From Camelus dromedarius (lineage: Eukaryota), in assembly GCF_036321535.1 (NCBI RefSeq), contig NC_087447.1:37760001-37824000 (forward strand): DNA of 64,000 bases, written 5' to 3'. Positions 63,620-64,000 of this stretch are shown here, in pieces. Below the pieces are notes generated by a model. That model had not been told where the DNA came from. It saw only the letters and a program-made list of their open reading frames with translations, and did not search any database. The position numbers were made by a program, and so were the translations under genes. Each line of letters begins with the position of its first letter. The stretch's first letter is position 1.

Positions 63620-63765
63620 TTTCACCCAGGGCATTTTCTAAAAACACAGACATCTGCTACCACCTCAGATTCTGATTCAGTTGGTCTGAGGTGGAGCCTG
63701 GGCATGAATATTTTATAAAAATTCTCCCAGGTGACTCTGCAGCCATGGTTGGGAACCACTGGATT
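63620..63765. mobile_element. MER5-like DNA transposon fragment
   Basis: cctcagattctgattcagttggtctgaggtggagcctgggcatg...ctcccaggtgactctgcagccatggttgggaaccactg. Confidence 0.7.
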
Positions 63766-64000
63766 AGAGAGAGGTATACATTCAATACAGTGAGCAAGCA
63801 AAATTCCTAAACAAAGGCATGGAATCAGGTATGCTATTTATTTTCTCTCAGAGCAATCAGACAGATATTTTACAGTGACATTTGTCCTATGACTTTAGGC
63901 CCTTCATAATCTAAGAAAAATGCCAACAAATTGACAACCTACCTCCCCTTGAGAAGAAAAGGTTATTATGTGGCAGTGCAATATGATATGCAAACCCCCA

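Noticed and set aside
41000..64000. Search for more CALC/CRSP paralogues or pseudogenes
   Set aside because: No signal-peptide, CNTATC or CSNLSTC-like exon seen; a very degraded copy could be missed without tBLASTn

Overview
Mammalian (probably camelid) genomic DNA from the calcitonin/CGRP-INSC locus; nearly all six-frame ORFs are noise. On the minus strand is a complete six-exon calcitonin/CGRP gene (~33255-38250). It has two intact alternative outputs: exons 2-3-4 give a 140-aa preprocalcitonin and exons 2-3-5(-6) give a 131-aa prepro-CGRP. Its promoter, upstream enhancer and exon-4 splicing/polyadenylation elements are recognisable. About 17.5 kb downstream on the same strand are two alternative first exons of INSC (coding exon at 15655-15750; CpG-island exon ending at 13689). 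The rest of INSC lies beyond the left edge. The remainder is intron and intergenic DNA rich in L1, L2, MIR, MaLR/ERVL LTRs, MER DNA transposons, tRNA-derived SINEs and microsatellites. I found no new biological system. The most notable observations are: an intact calcitonin exon in the CALCB syntenic position; a calcitonin with Arg at the normally invariant Gly28; a TGA>CGA stop-loss that extends prepro-CGRP; and loss of the exonic RBFOX site. Comparisons with other species and all repeat family names are from memory and need checking; repeat boundaries are approximate.
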